A DNA stretch of 64,000 nucleotides from an uncultured Clostridia bacterium (GTDB lineage Bacteria > Bacillota > Clostridia > Christensenellales > UBA1242). Where the stretch lies: NCBI GenBank assembly GCA_934777435.1, contig CAKVNK010000001.1, positions 247,203 to 311,202 of the forward strand, in the 5' to 3' direction. Below are positions 50,501 through 57,893 of the stretch, in pieces. Each line of letters starts with the position of its first letter. Positions within the stretch are counted from its first letter, which is position 1. The notes beneath the pieces are model-generated. The model ran no database searches and was not told the DNA's origin. It saw only the letters and a program-made list of their open reading frames with translations. The translations under genes were made by a program, and so were the position numbers.

Positions 50501-51218
50501 ATTCAATAAGTGCATCTTCTTGAGTGATTTGTGGTTCTTTTTCAAGAGTGTTAACAATGTATGGGTGATGACCATAAATCTCAAGCAATTCTTCGTTTGT
50601 GTAACCAAAACATTTAAGCAAAACACCTGCACTCATTTTAAACTTACGTTCAACAATAACACGCAATGTGTCGCCTGCAACCTGTTCGGTTTGAACCCAC
50701 ATACCATAACTTGGTTGAATTGCACCATTATAGTCCATACGTCCATATTTGTTGATTTCGCCACCAAACACAACGCCAGGAGATTTGATTAATTGGTTAA
50801 GAACAACCCTTTCAACGCCGTTGCAAATAAAGCCGGCATCTTTGCTCATGTAAGGGATGTCGCCCATAAACACTTCCTGATCCATAATTTGGCCAGTTTC
50901 TTTAACCAACAAACGAACGTTCACTTTAAGTGGCACTGTGTAACTCATTTGTTTGGTTTTGCACTCGTTCCAAGAATATTTAGGTGTGCGGTCGATTGAA
51001 TAACCTAAAAAAGACAACTCTGCTTTGTTAGAGTAGTCTATGATAGGGTTGTATTCGTTCAACACTTCACCAATGCCCTCATTTAAGAATCTTTCATAAC
51101 TCTCTTTTGCAATGCCAAGCAAATCAGGCATAACATAAGGGACTTCCTTTTTGGCAAAACTCATACGTTCAGCCTTGCCTTGTTTTAGTTTTTTGATGTT
51201 CAGTGTGTTTGAATTCAT
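47544..51218 (-). CDS. rpoB: DNA-directed RNA polymerase subunit beta
   Basis: 1224 aa. Conserved rifampicin-cluster region (..SQLSALMDQINPAASLRHKRRLS..GPGG) and the C-terminal flap/clamp. Confidence 0.97.
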   Translation of the reverse strand: MNSNTLNIKKLKQGKAERMSFAKKEVPYVMPDLLGIAKESYERFLNEGIGEVLNEYNPIIDYSNKAELSFLGYSIDRTPKYSWNECKTKQMSYTVPLKVNVRLLVKETGQIMDQEVFMGDIPYMSKDAGFICNGVERVVLNQLIKSPGVVFGGEINKYGRMDYNGAIQPSYGMWVQTEQVAGDTLRVIVERKFKMSAGVLLKCFGYTNEELLEIYGHHPYIVNTLEKEPQITQEDALIEFGRRTRPGEIPNPDNTLSYINDRFFNQQHYNLEKVGRFKVNKKLSLANRITDQIAAKDVKLGKKMFVGQGEYIDHDTAVAIQNAGINSVDVLVEDKVVRVVGNQRVDLKAYAKLDPAEFGITELVYLPLLQEIMKAHKGDEEGLKAAIKANAHKLEDFQVTLDDMIATISYHLNLIDGLGETDEIDNLSMRRVATCGELLRDEFRRGMTKLQAQVRESLQSRDLTDITPSQIVNARHINKVFKEFMATSQLSALMDQINPAASLRHKRRLSSFGPGGVKKERATVEVRDINPSHYGRICLVETPEGQPIGLMTSIAAYARVNKYGFIETPFKKIDPKTRKVTDDIVFLMADEERGHYIAPATVDLNEDKTIAAGIIECRHNGQAERVDSSMVDLFELSPKQCLSIGANLIPFVEHSPGNRALMGSNMQCQAVPLIKCDSPIVGTGVEHKIAVDSGALILAEQDGVCKYVSADYITMEYADGSIVNHKLRKFERTNEKACFNQKPIVKKGEKVKAGDVLADGASTDKGEVALGKNMTVAFMNWEGYNFEDAILINQRIVREDAYTSISIQQVKTEARTTKLGDEEITRDIAGVGEDALKNLDENGIVRIGTEVRPGDILVGKVTPKGETDLTPEERLLKAIFGEKTKEVKNTSLKVKHGEEGVVVGVEILSRKNKDELDAGVNMCVKVYIAQKRVLQVGDKLAGRYGNKGVVSVVLPECDMPYMPNGETVDILLNPLGIPSRMNLSQLLEVHLGWAAKHLDWKVATPAFDGATEEDIKALLRENNLPEDGKTQLYDGRTGLPFENKTTVGVMYMLKLDHMVDDKIHARGIGTYALITQQPLGGRSQLGGQRFGEMEVWALEAYGASRLLQEMLTIKSDDVEGRIKTYEAIVKGEPIPEPGMPESFKVLVKEMQGLCLDVKILTADNHELTINEVSEEGEEVATVEPVNKQALEDITLEFDDIQKNYENDVNATAFDESELFDDLDE

Positions 51219-51313
51219 CCATTAACTCCTTATTCAGTTGTATACTCGCAAAACCTTTATACAAAGTATAAATGGGCATAATCCACCCTAGCGAGATTTA
51301 TTCATACTGAGCG

Positions 51314-51342
51314 ATTTTATCATAATAAACAAGTTATGTCAA
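51314..51342 (-). promoter_or_regulatory. rpoB promoter TTGACA-17-TAAAAT
   Basis: Minus strand: TTGACA (51342-51337), 17 nt, TAAAAT (51319-51314). This gives a leader of about 90 nt before the AAGGAG RBS. Confidence 0.6.
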
Positions 51343-51439
51343 TAGATTTTAATTAAAATTTGCACAATTTTTAGATAAAATTATTGCCAATTTAGCAAAG
51401 TTTAAACATATGTTTATGATTATTTTTGTGTTTTTGCAA

Positions 51440-51467
51440 TAAAAAAGAGAGCCTTATTTAACTCTCT
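51440..51467 (-). terminator. Terminator of the Cys-rich micro-protein gene
   Basis: Minus strand: AGAGAG-10nt-CTCTCT followed by T6. Confidence 0.65.
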
Positions 51468-51544
51468 TTCATTAAACCACTGTAAATTTTTGCTTTTGTA
51501 TTATTGCCAATATTAGGCAAACTAACTTGTTGGTGTGCTAATTC

Positions 51545-51748
51545 CTAGCAACCTTGTGGGCCTTTGTTGCCACAACCGCAACCACAAAGCAACAACAAGA
51601 TGATAACAAGCAAGCAAGGGTCAATACGGCAACCACAGTTGCAAAGCAATAAGATAAGGATGATAAGCCAAGCAAAATCGCCACAACCGCCATGATTCAT
51701 CCCTTCGTTGCAACCGCAATCGTTGCCACCAAAGAATTTGTTGAACAT
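51545..51748 (-). CDS. Cys/Gly-rich small hydrophobic protein (67 aa)
   Basis: Perfect AGGAGG RBS. The sequence is MFNKFFGGNDCGCNEGMNHGGCGDFAWLIILILLLCNCGCRIDPCLLVIILLLLCGCGCGNKGPQGC, with two hydrophobic cores bracketed by CGC motifs. Confidence 0.7.
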   Translation of the reverse strand: MFNKFFGGNDCGCNEGMNHGGCGDFAWLIILILLLCNCGCRIDPCLLVIILLLLCGCGCGNKGPQGC

Positions 51749-51839
51749 AGTTCCTCCTAAAAGTGTTTTGTTATGTATTTACAAAGAATTTCATATGTGC
51801 CTTAATTTCCTTTGTATATCACATATTACGTTGACACGT

Positions 51840-51878
51840 AAAAAAAAGTTACAGATAATAAAATTTCCGTAACTTTTT
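51840..51878. terminator. Bidirectional terminator after the GLUG-repeat gene
   Basis: AGTTACAGA-10nt-TCCGTAACT (9 bp, one G-U pair) flanked by A8 and T5. Confidence 0.7.
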
Positions 51879-51957
51879 GCATCAAAATTTTTGTTAAATT
51901 CTATATCCACAACAATTTAAGCACATATTAACAAGTATCACGCTTTTCCTATAATAT

Positions 51958-53499
51958 TTACAATTGTGCTATTGTTGCACAATTTACATTAGAAAAGTTA
52001 AAACCAGTGTTTACGTAATAATTTTTAGTTAAATATGGATTTACAGAATCGTACCATGTCGATCCGCTACAATTAAAAATTGGATTAGAATACGATTTGC
52101 TTCCTGCCGATGAATTGTTTTTAATGCTAGAAGAAGAATCAACGACGCTTAAACATTTTTTAATATTTACACAGCCCTCACTATACTTGGCCACAACACC
52201 ATATTCTGCAGATCTGCCAAGTATTCCCCCTATATTTGCACCGAAAATTTGATCGCTTTTACGATAAGTTTGATCCACAACAACCATTTTTGATATAGAA
52301 ACACAATCACTGATTGTAACTTTTGGACTAACAGAATCATACAGTCTATAACCACCACCAATTAATGCCACATAAATCTCACAAACGGCTTCACCAACAA
52401 TACCCCCAGCGTTTGTGTAACACCCACCATTGCCTGTTATATTTATGGTGGAATGTGTTTCAACACAAGAGATGTTAACATCAGTTTGATTTTTAGATGC
52501 TGACAATAACGCATAAACACACCCTATCAAACCGCCAGCAGATGTATTATTTCCATATTCAAAACGTATTGAACCTGAACCATTTGATGTTATCTCGTTT
52601 GTATTTGTTACACTAATTGAAGCATTTGTTAATTTTATATTTGACACCGTACATACACCAGAAAGTGAACCGGCCAAACAGCCAATATCTTTCATTCCAT
52701 CTATTGCCGGATATGGTAGTGAAGTTGTGCTTGTTATTGACACTCCGTCCAACCACAGATTTTTTATATTTCCATCTACAACATTACCAAACAAACCCAA
52801 TGGTTTGTATAAATTTCTATATCCAGATATTGTGTTGCCTTGAAGAATTGCAACTGATGACACAAGAATTTCAGTTAATTTTAGATTCTTTATCACATGA
52901 TTATTGCCGTCAAATGTGCCTGAAAAAACCTTCTTCACAATCGGATTGGTATTTGTATGCATTGCCACAACATATGATCCTATCGGATCCCACGCAACCG
53001 ATTGCAAATCAATATCACTTGTTAATTTTACCGTTGAACCCGAATAAGAATCCCCTTTGTTAACATTATCTCTAAATGTTTCCAAATCTGATTTACTATT
53101 AATAGTCACAGTGCCGGCAGTTGCAGCATACACTACATCGTTAACTTTTGTCAAACTTTTACCTATTGCTGAAAAATAGCATGTTTGTCCGCCAACAGAA
53201 ATCTCAAACATAACCTTATTTGAAGTTGTTTTTACCAAATTGCCTAAACTATAATTATTGTTTGGAAATACAATTTTCAGTTTTTTATTTAATTTTTCAG
53301 CGGTGTTATCGTTTAGCGTTACATTATCAATCAACCCAACTTTAAGCACCTCACCTGATTCCATTTTTACAAATTGCACACAATTATATTTAGGAAACAC
53401 AAACAAGCCAAATCCCACTATGGCTAAGAACAACAAACAAAAAACCAGTAAGAACATGCTTACCAGTTTTTTATATTTTGCCCCATTTTGTGTTATCAT
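51958..53499 (-). CDS. Membrane-anchored surface protein with GLUG-type (beta-helix) repeats
   Basis: Recurrent GL.G motifs (LGLFGNV, IGCLAGSL, AGGLIGCV, AGGIVGEA, IGGILGRS). N-terminal TM anchor. The start is moved to ATG 53499 (MITQNGAKYKK..) from the ORF-track start at 53559, on the basis of a consensus leaderless promoter. Confidence 0.75.
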   Translation of the reverse strand: MITQNGAKYKKLVSMFLLVFCLLFLAIVGFGLFVFPKYNCVQFVKMESGEVLKVGLIDNVTLNDNTAEKLNKKLKIVFPNNNYSLGNLVKTTSNKVMFEISVGGQTCYFSAIGKSLTKVNDVVYAATAGTVTINSKSDLETFRDNVNKGDSYSGSTVKLTSDIDLQSVAWDPIGSYVVAMHTNTNPIVKKVFSGTFDGNNHVIKNLKLTEILVSSVAILQGNTISGYRNLYKPLGLFGNVVDGNIKNLWLDGVSITSTTSLPYPAIDGMKDIGCLAGSLSGVCTVSNIKLTNASISVTNTNEITSNGSGSIRFEYGNNTSAGGLIGCVYALLSASKNQTDVNISCVETHSTINITGNGGCYTNAGGIVGEAVCEIYVALIGGGYRLYDSVSPKVTISDCVSISKMVVVDQTYRKSDQIFGANIGGILGRSAEYGVVAKYSEGCVNIKKCLSVVDSSSSIKNNSSAGSKSYSNPIFNCSGSTWYDSVNPYLTKNYYVNTGFNFSNVNCATIAQL

Positions 53500-53505
53500 T
53501 AATAT

Positions 53506-53535
53506 ATTATAACTTTTCAACTTTTGATTTGTCAA
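53506..53535 (-). promoter_or_regulatory. Consensus promoter TTGACA-18-TATAAT placed 6 nt upstream of the ATG (leaderless geometry)
   Basis: Minus strand: TTGACA (53535-53530), 18 nt, TATAAT (53511-53506), ATATTA, then ATG (53499). Confidence 0.6.
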
Positions 53536-53586
53536 ACAATACAAAATCCTATGTTGCAATCTTTTTTGTTGTTTATTGTTATATTA

Positions 53587-54282
53587 TCAATCCAATCGGC
53601 TATCTTCCCTTAAATGTTTAGCATAATCTTGCCAAGCCTTAGACTTTTGTTGTTTAATGTTGACCACCTTACCATTAACTTCTTTAATGAAAGGGTTAAC
53701 ATAATTTGTGTTATCGTCTGGCTCCCAATAATCGTGTTTACGTTGCAAATAACCAGATAAAATTTTTTCGGTAAAAAGCCTAAAATGGTTTAAATCGGTT
53801 GAAACACAAAGCCCATATGGGTGATATAAGCCTGAACATAAATGGGTGTGACCAAAAAAGTTACACATATTCTTTTTGCCGTCTTTAATTTGATGAACCA
53901 AATTTACCTTTCTACCACAAGTTTCAACAATTAAACTGCGGTGCACTTCTTTGATACCTTTGCTTAAACAATATTGTTTAAATTTTTCAAAACTGTTGTC
54001 AAAAAAGTATTTAACCACCCTATCTTCATTATTGCCCATAATAAGCACTATGCCGGCTTTGATTTCTTTAACAAGTTCTAACCCATTTTGCCACTCATAT
54101 GTGTTTGGTCCGTCACAGTCCAGCAAATCGCCAACCACATAAATGGTGTCGCCCTTATGTGCGGTTTTGTTAAAATTGTTAACAATAAATTTGTCATACT
54201 GCTTTATGTTTTTAAACGGGCGATTATCCGTTTGCATTGTCAGTGTATCGCTAAAATGTATATCCGCAGTAAAGAATTTCAT
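53587..54282 (-). CDS. Calcineurin-like metallophosphoesterase
   Basis: FTADIHFSD, VVGDLLD, GNNEDR and GHTH motifs in canonical order. AGGGG RBS. Confidence 0.85.
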   Translation of the reverse strand: MKFFTADIHFSDTLTMQTDNRPFKNIKQYDKFIVNNFNKTAHKGDTIYVVGDLLDCDGPNTYEWQNGLELVKEIKAGIVLIMGNNEDRVVKYFFDNSFEKFKQYCLSKGIKEVHRSLIVETCGRKVNLVHQIKDGKKNMCNFFGHTHLCSGLYHPYGLCVSTDLNHFRLFTEKILSGYLQRKHDYWEPDDNTNYVNPFIKEVNGKVVNIKQQKSKAWQDYAKHLREDSRLD

Positions 54283-54370
54283 TTGTACCCCTATTTCTTT
54301 TATGATTTTGTGTTGCGTTGAATTTAACTATTTTATTACCTTTTAAACTTAAATGTTTGGCACGATTAAA

Positions 54371-55450
54371 TTAATAACTGAAAGATTGCAACTTATCCAC
54401 AATCATTTGTTTAAGTTGAACAATGTTTTTGCCTGTTTTTGCACCGATGTAGCATGTATCATATGGATATGGTTTAAGTGATTGAATTTCAGCATTTGTT
54501 AATTTATCTGCTTTGTTGTAAACCAAAATTACACGATGTGGGTCAATTTCAAGACGTTTAAATTCACGTTCTACAACTGCAATTTGGTCATAACGGTGTG
54601 GGTCGCTTGCATCAACAACCAGCAAAAGCACGTTAGCGTCCAATGTTTCTTCCAATGTTGCAGAGAAAGCATACATAAGCTCATGTGGAAGATTGCTTAC
54701 AAAACCAACAGTATCAATCAACACATATTCTGTGCCGTTATCCCAAACTTTTTTGGTAAGCACATCAAGAGTTGCAAAAAGCCTATCGTCCGCATATGTG
54801 CCAGCCTTTGCAATGGCATTCATCAATGTTGATTTACCAGCGTTTGTATACCCAACCAACGCAACACTTTTCATACGAGATAAACGTTGTTTACGTTGTG
54901 TTTGACGATTTTTTTGTATATCCTTAATTTCTTTTTCAAGGCGTAAAATGTCTTCTTGAATTTTGCGTTTGCTTAAATCTTTTAAACTTTCACCTGCACC
55001 ACGCCCTGCCATACGTTCTTGGTTAAGTTGCAAGCAACTTAATCTTGGCAAACTATATTTAAGTTGTGCCAATTCGACTTGCAATTTACCTTCGCCTGAT
55101 TTTGCACGACCAGCAAAAATATCCAAAATAAGCATTGTGCGGTCGATTGTTTTAGCATCAAAAATTTCACTCAAATTACGCAGTTGACTGCCTGAAAGTG
55201 GACAGTCCAAAATAATCACAGTAGCACCTAATTCTTTTGCCTCATCGCGAATCTCTTCTGCCTTACCAATACCAAAATATGTGCGTGCGTTCAATTCTTT
55301 TGGTTGAAAAATGTTGCATTTAACCACTTCGTACAATGCACTTTCAGTTAAAAGTTCCAACTCTTTTGCCCTATACCCGGTGTTGCTCATATCAACATAT
55401 GGGCAAACAAGATAGGCCTTTTCTTTTATAACTTCATTATTAACAAACAT
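54371..55450 (-). CDS. hflX: GTPase HflX (short form)
   Basis: HflX N-domain followed by G1 GYTNAGKST, ATLD, G3 DTVGF and G4 NKADK. AAGGAGA RBS. Confidence 0.9.
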   Translation of the reverse strand: MFVNNEVIKEKAYLVCPYVDMSNTGYRAKELELLTESALYEVVKCNIFQPKELNARTYFGIGKAEEIRDEAKELGATVIILDCPLSGSQLRNLSEIFDAKTIDRTMLILDIFAGRAKSGEGKLQVELAQLKYSLPRLSCLQLNQERMAGRGAGESLKDLSKRKIQEDILRLEKEIKDIQKNRQTQRKQRLSRMKSVALVGYTNAGKSTLMNAIAKAGTYADDRLFATLDVLTKKVWDNGTEYVLIDTVGFVSNLPHELMYAFSATLEETLDANVLLLVVDASDPHRYDQIAVVEREFKRLEIDPHRVILVYNKADKLTNAEIQSLKPYPYDTCYIGAKTGKNIVQLKQMIVDKLQSFSY

Positions 55451-55647
55451 AAATTTCTCCTTTAAACATAATATTTAGGCATTTTGCGTTGTTCCGCCAC
55501 CGTTTATACTCAAATATGTTTTCAACTGCTTAAACCAATCAAAATCAAAGTGGAAATTTATTCACTAATGGTTTTCGCTTTTACGTTTAAACATTAAAAC
55601 ACAACAAAATATCAAATTAAAACCTGCCTAAAATTTTAACTGTGAGT

Positions 55648-55665
55648 TTAAAGATTTATGCTCAT
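55648..55665 (-). promoter_or_regulatory. Candidate leader mini-ORF (MSINL-stop) in the hflX 5' leader
   Basis: Minus strand: GAGGTG, 7 nt, ATG AGC ATA AAT CTT TAA. It lies immediately after the predicted TSS. Confidence 0.3.
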
Positions 55666-55686
55666 TTTTTTTCACCTCTGAAATTT

Positions 55687-55715
55687 ATTTTACAATTCAG
55701 CAAAGTTATTGTCAA
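55687..55715 (-). promoter_or_regulatory. hflX promoter TTGACA-17-TAAAAT
   Basis: Minus strand: TTGACA (55715-55710), 17 nt, TAAAAT (55692-55687). This implies a 5' leader of about 230 nt. Confidence 0.6.
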
Positions 55716-55723
55716 TAAATTTA

Positions 55724-55750
55724 AACAAAAAAAGCACCGTTTTTGGTGCT
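55724..55750 (-). terminator. Terminator of the four-gene helical-protein array
   Basis: Minus strand: AGCACC-aaaaac-GGTGCT followed by a T-run (A-run at 55724-55733 on plus). Confidence 0.7.
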
Positions 55751-55852
55751 TCTTCGCATGTTTAAAATAAATTATTTTAGATAATTTTGGCCTTAAAATT
55801 TGCAATTTAATTTAAATCGGCCTTAATTAAACAAGTTTGTTTTTTGTTAGAT

Positions 55853-56320
55853 TTATTCATCTATTTGATTTTCTGTTTCGTTTAAGTCAGCACTCTTTAA
55901 TTCTTTAATGCTACCAGCAAGTGACTTATAAATTGTTGCCAATTTTTCTGTTTTAGAAGCAATCTTTTTAAGTTCAAGTTGTTGTATTTTTAACACACAT
56001 TTGCGAATCAAAAAATATTTACTCTTTTTGATTTCAGTGCCACGTCTTTTAATTCTGCCTTCGATTGTGTTTGCAAAGGCTTTGACTGAAACACCTAAAT
56101 CTTTAACCGCTTGCAATAAGTCGTCTTCTTCAGCAAAGTATGAATTTTTAACTTCATCTAAACTGATACGAACATCAATAACCATATATCTCAATGATTT
56201 ATTTTTAAGGTCGTTTCTTTCCATATCGGCAAGTACGGGTTCCATTGCAGATACATGTTTTGTAACAATGTGTGTTAGAGTGTTTTGTTCTTGCACAAAA
56301 CTGTCATTTTCGGTTTTCAT
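55853..56320 (-). CDS. Hypothetical helical protein P4 (155 aa)
   Basis: AAGGAGA RBS and its own consensus promoter. Composition is typical of alpha-helical proteins, rich in K, E and L. Confidence 0.7.
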   Translation of the reverse strand: MKTENDSFVQEQNTLTHIVTKHVSAMEPVLADMERNDLKNKSLRYMVIDVRISLDEVKNSYFAEEDDLLQAVKDLGVSVKAFANTIEGRIKRRGTEIKKSKYFLIRKCVLKIQQLELKKIASKTEKLATIYKSLAGSIKELKSADLNETENQIDE

Positions 56321-56341
56321 AATTCTCCTTTAACCGAATAT

Positions 56342-56369
56342 ATTATAGCACATATAACTTTTTTGTCAA
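56342..56369 (-). promoter_or_regulatory. Internal promoter TTGACA-16-TATAAT with an extended -10 (TGc) for P4
   Basis: Minus strand: TTGACA (56369-56364), 16 nt, TGcTATAAT (to 56342). Confidence 0.65.
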
Positions 56370-56414
56370 CACCCCACCTATCCTGTGTTGCTTTAAACCG
56401 CCATAAAAATAGGA

Positions 56415-56849
56415 TTATTCAACAACAATGCCTTTTGTGTATGGGGCAACAAATTCTTTCATATCTAGGCTTAAATCATAGGCTTCACGCAAGTCGAGAT
56501 GTATTTGTTCTTCCTTTCTCAATTTGATTTTTGAAATCAACTTTGTAAATGGATTTTCAGTTGATTTTATTCTCATATTCAAGGTGTTTACAATCCTTCT
56601 TTGATTGTTTAAAAGCCTTGCACACATGCTGTTGATATCAATGGCATATCCATGTATTTCAATGATTGAACCTGTCTTTTCAATATAACGCATGTAGTGT
56701 TGTATTTCATTAACAAGGTCGCAATCTAAAATTCTATTGTGGTCTGAAAAATATTTGTCATATTTAATCATTAAAACTGCAAGTGTATGTAACTTTTTTT
56801 CAATGTCACTCATCACATATATGTAGTTTTCATATTCACGTTCTGTCAT
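56415..56849 (-). CDS. Hypothetical helical protein P3 (144 aa), paralog of P2
   Basis: GGAGA RBS. It shares I-x-H-x(1,2)-R-Y, F-x-K-[IL]-I-[ST]-K-I-x-L, RE, and the C-terminal [IF]V-x-P-Y-[ST] with P2. Confidence 0.7.
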   Translation of the reverse strand: MTEREYENYIYVMSDIEKKLHTLAVLMIKYDKYFSDHNRILDCDLVNEIQHYMRYIEKTGSIIEIHGYAIDINSMCARLLNNQRRIVNTLNMRIKSTENPFTKLISKIKLRKEEQIHLDLREAYDLSLDMKEFVAPYTKGIVVE

Positions 56850-56875
56850 ATTTTATCTCCATTAAAAGGTTTTTC

Positions 56876-57379
56876 TTAATTATTTGGGGTTGGATTGCCA
56901 CCTTCGTCCATTTGGCAATCTTCTTGTATCGTTTCTTGTTTTGTTTCTGCGCTATAAGGTCTAACAATATCCCTTATTTCATCACATAAAAGGCTGATTG
57001 ATTCAATTTCTTCCCTCATGGATCTTTCTGCAACATATTTATTAAACAAAAGTATTTTTGTGATTATTTTTATAAAACTTTGTTTTGAATATTCTTTTAT
57101 AATTTCTTCAACTTGATTCATTTGCAATTCGTATAATTTAATAATCAAATTGTTTAAAACTTCTGGATACAAGCAAAATTTATTTATATCATTGGCATAT
57201 CTAAGATGATTTATATTTTCCATTATTTCTTCAATGATTTTGCAGGCTTCTGTTCTTTGCTTTTTTTCGTATTTATCTTTAAGCAAATAAATCCTTACTT
57301 CCATAGGATTCAATCTTTTTGAAATGTCTTTTCTTATATATTTAAACATTTCATACACTTTAATTCCACAATGTTTCAT
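56876..57379 (-). CDS. Hypothetical helical protein P2 (167 aa)
   Basis: GGAGGGG RBS, with motifs shared with P3. It has an acidic/Pro tail (QEDCQMDEGGNPTPNN). Confidence 0.7.
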   Translation of the reverse strand: MKHCGIKVYEMFKYIRKDISKRLNPMEVRIYLLKDKYEKKQRTEACKIIEEIMENINHLRYANDINKFCLYPEVLNNLIIKLYELQMNQVEEIIKEYSKQSFIKIITKILLFNKYVAERSMREEIESISLLCDEIRDIVRPYSAETKQETIQEDCQMDEGGNPTPNN

Positions 57380-57393
57380 ATAAGCCCCTCCAT

Positions 57394-57801
57394 TTAATCA
57401 ATTTTTAACACATTTACTTCCACATTATCTTCTTTACCAAAAATTTGTTTTATTATTTTTTTAATCCTTGGCAATGTATATGTAAGCCTAAGCAATCTTG
57501 AATATTCAAATTTGGTTAATATCCTTTCGTCACCAGTGTCTATATTTGAAAATTGAGATTTTATTTTAGCAAGTTTTTCAGTTTCTTGTGCGTAAAATTC
57601 ATCTAATTTTTCTTCTAACTTAATCAAATTATTATACCTAAATCCAGCATCGTCTGATATAGAAATATCAACAGCAAGCTGTTTCATGTCTGCAACTTGC
57701 TTAATTTCTTCATCAACACAACGTTTCTTAATACTGCCTAATGATCCCCTAAGCAATAAATAAAGTTGTTTAATATCTATATCTTTTTTAGTGTTTTCCA
57801 T
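57394..57801 (-). CDS. Hypothetical helical protein P1 (135 aa)
   Basis: First gene after a consensus promoter. GGGG-type RBS. It contains the F-R-Y motif at a position similar to the R-Y motif in P2-P4. Confidence 0.65.
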   Translation of the reverse strand: MENTKKDIDIKQLYLLLRGSLGSIKKRCVDEEIKQVADMKQLAVDISISDDAGFRYNNLIKLEEKLDEFYAQETEKLAKIKSQFSNIDTGDERILTKFEYSRLLRLTYTLPRIKKIIKQIFGKEDNVEVNVLKID

Positions 57802-57832
57802 AATACTACCCCGCTAAACTTTGTTTGGTGGT

Positions 57833-57860
57833 ATTATACCATCACACCAAATTTTGTCAA
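57833..57860 (-). promoter_or_regulatory. Promoter TTGACA-16-TATAAT with an extended -10 (TGg) for P1-P3
   Basis: Minus strand: TTGACA (57860-57855), 16 nt, TGgTATAAT (to 57833). Confidence 0.65.
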
Positions 57861-57893
57861 TACATAAATTACAGTTTTTTTAATGCTAACCTG

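Noticed and set aside
43532-51218. Many 60-180-aa ORFs on both strands inside rpoC and rpoB (for example 46519-47055 plus, 44244-44780 minus out of frame, 50415-50792 plus).
   Set aside because: They are fully embedded in two unambiguous, full-length essential genes. Their compositions are odd (F/N/C/T-rich or L/K/Q-rich), as expected for off-frame or antisense translation of AT-rich coding DNA. They lack an SD or a promoter.
55451-55647. Search for a terminator/antiterminator pair or a known riboswitch or T-box in the hflX leader.
   Set aside because: Only weak AT-rich pairings were found (GGTTTT/AAAACC long-range, small GCG/CGC). There is no GC-rich stem followed by a U-run and no T-box or riboswitch core motifs that I recognise. 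Transcription attenuation is therefore not claimed; only the long leader and the mini-ORF are reported.
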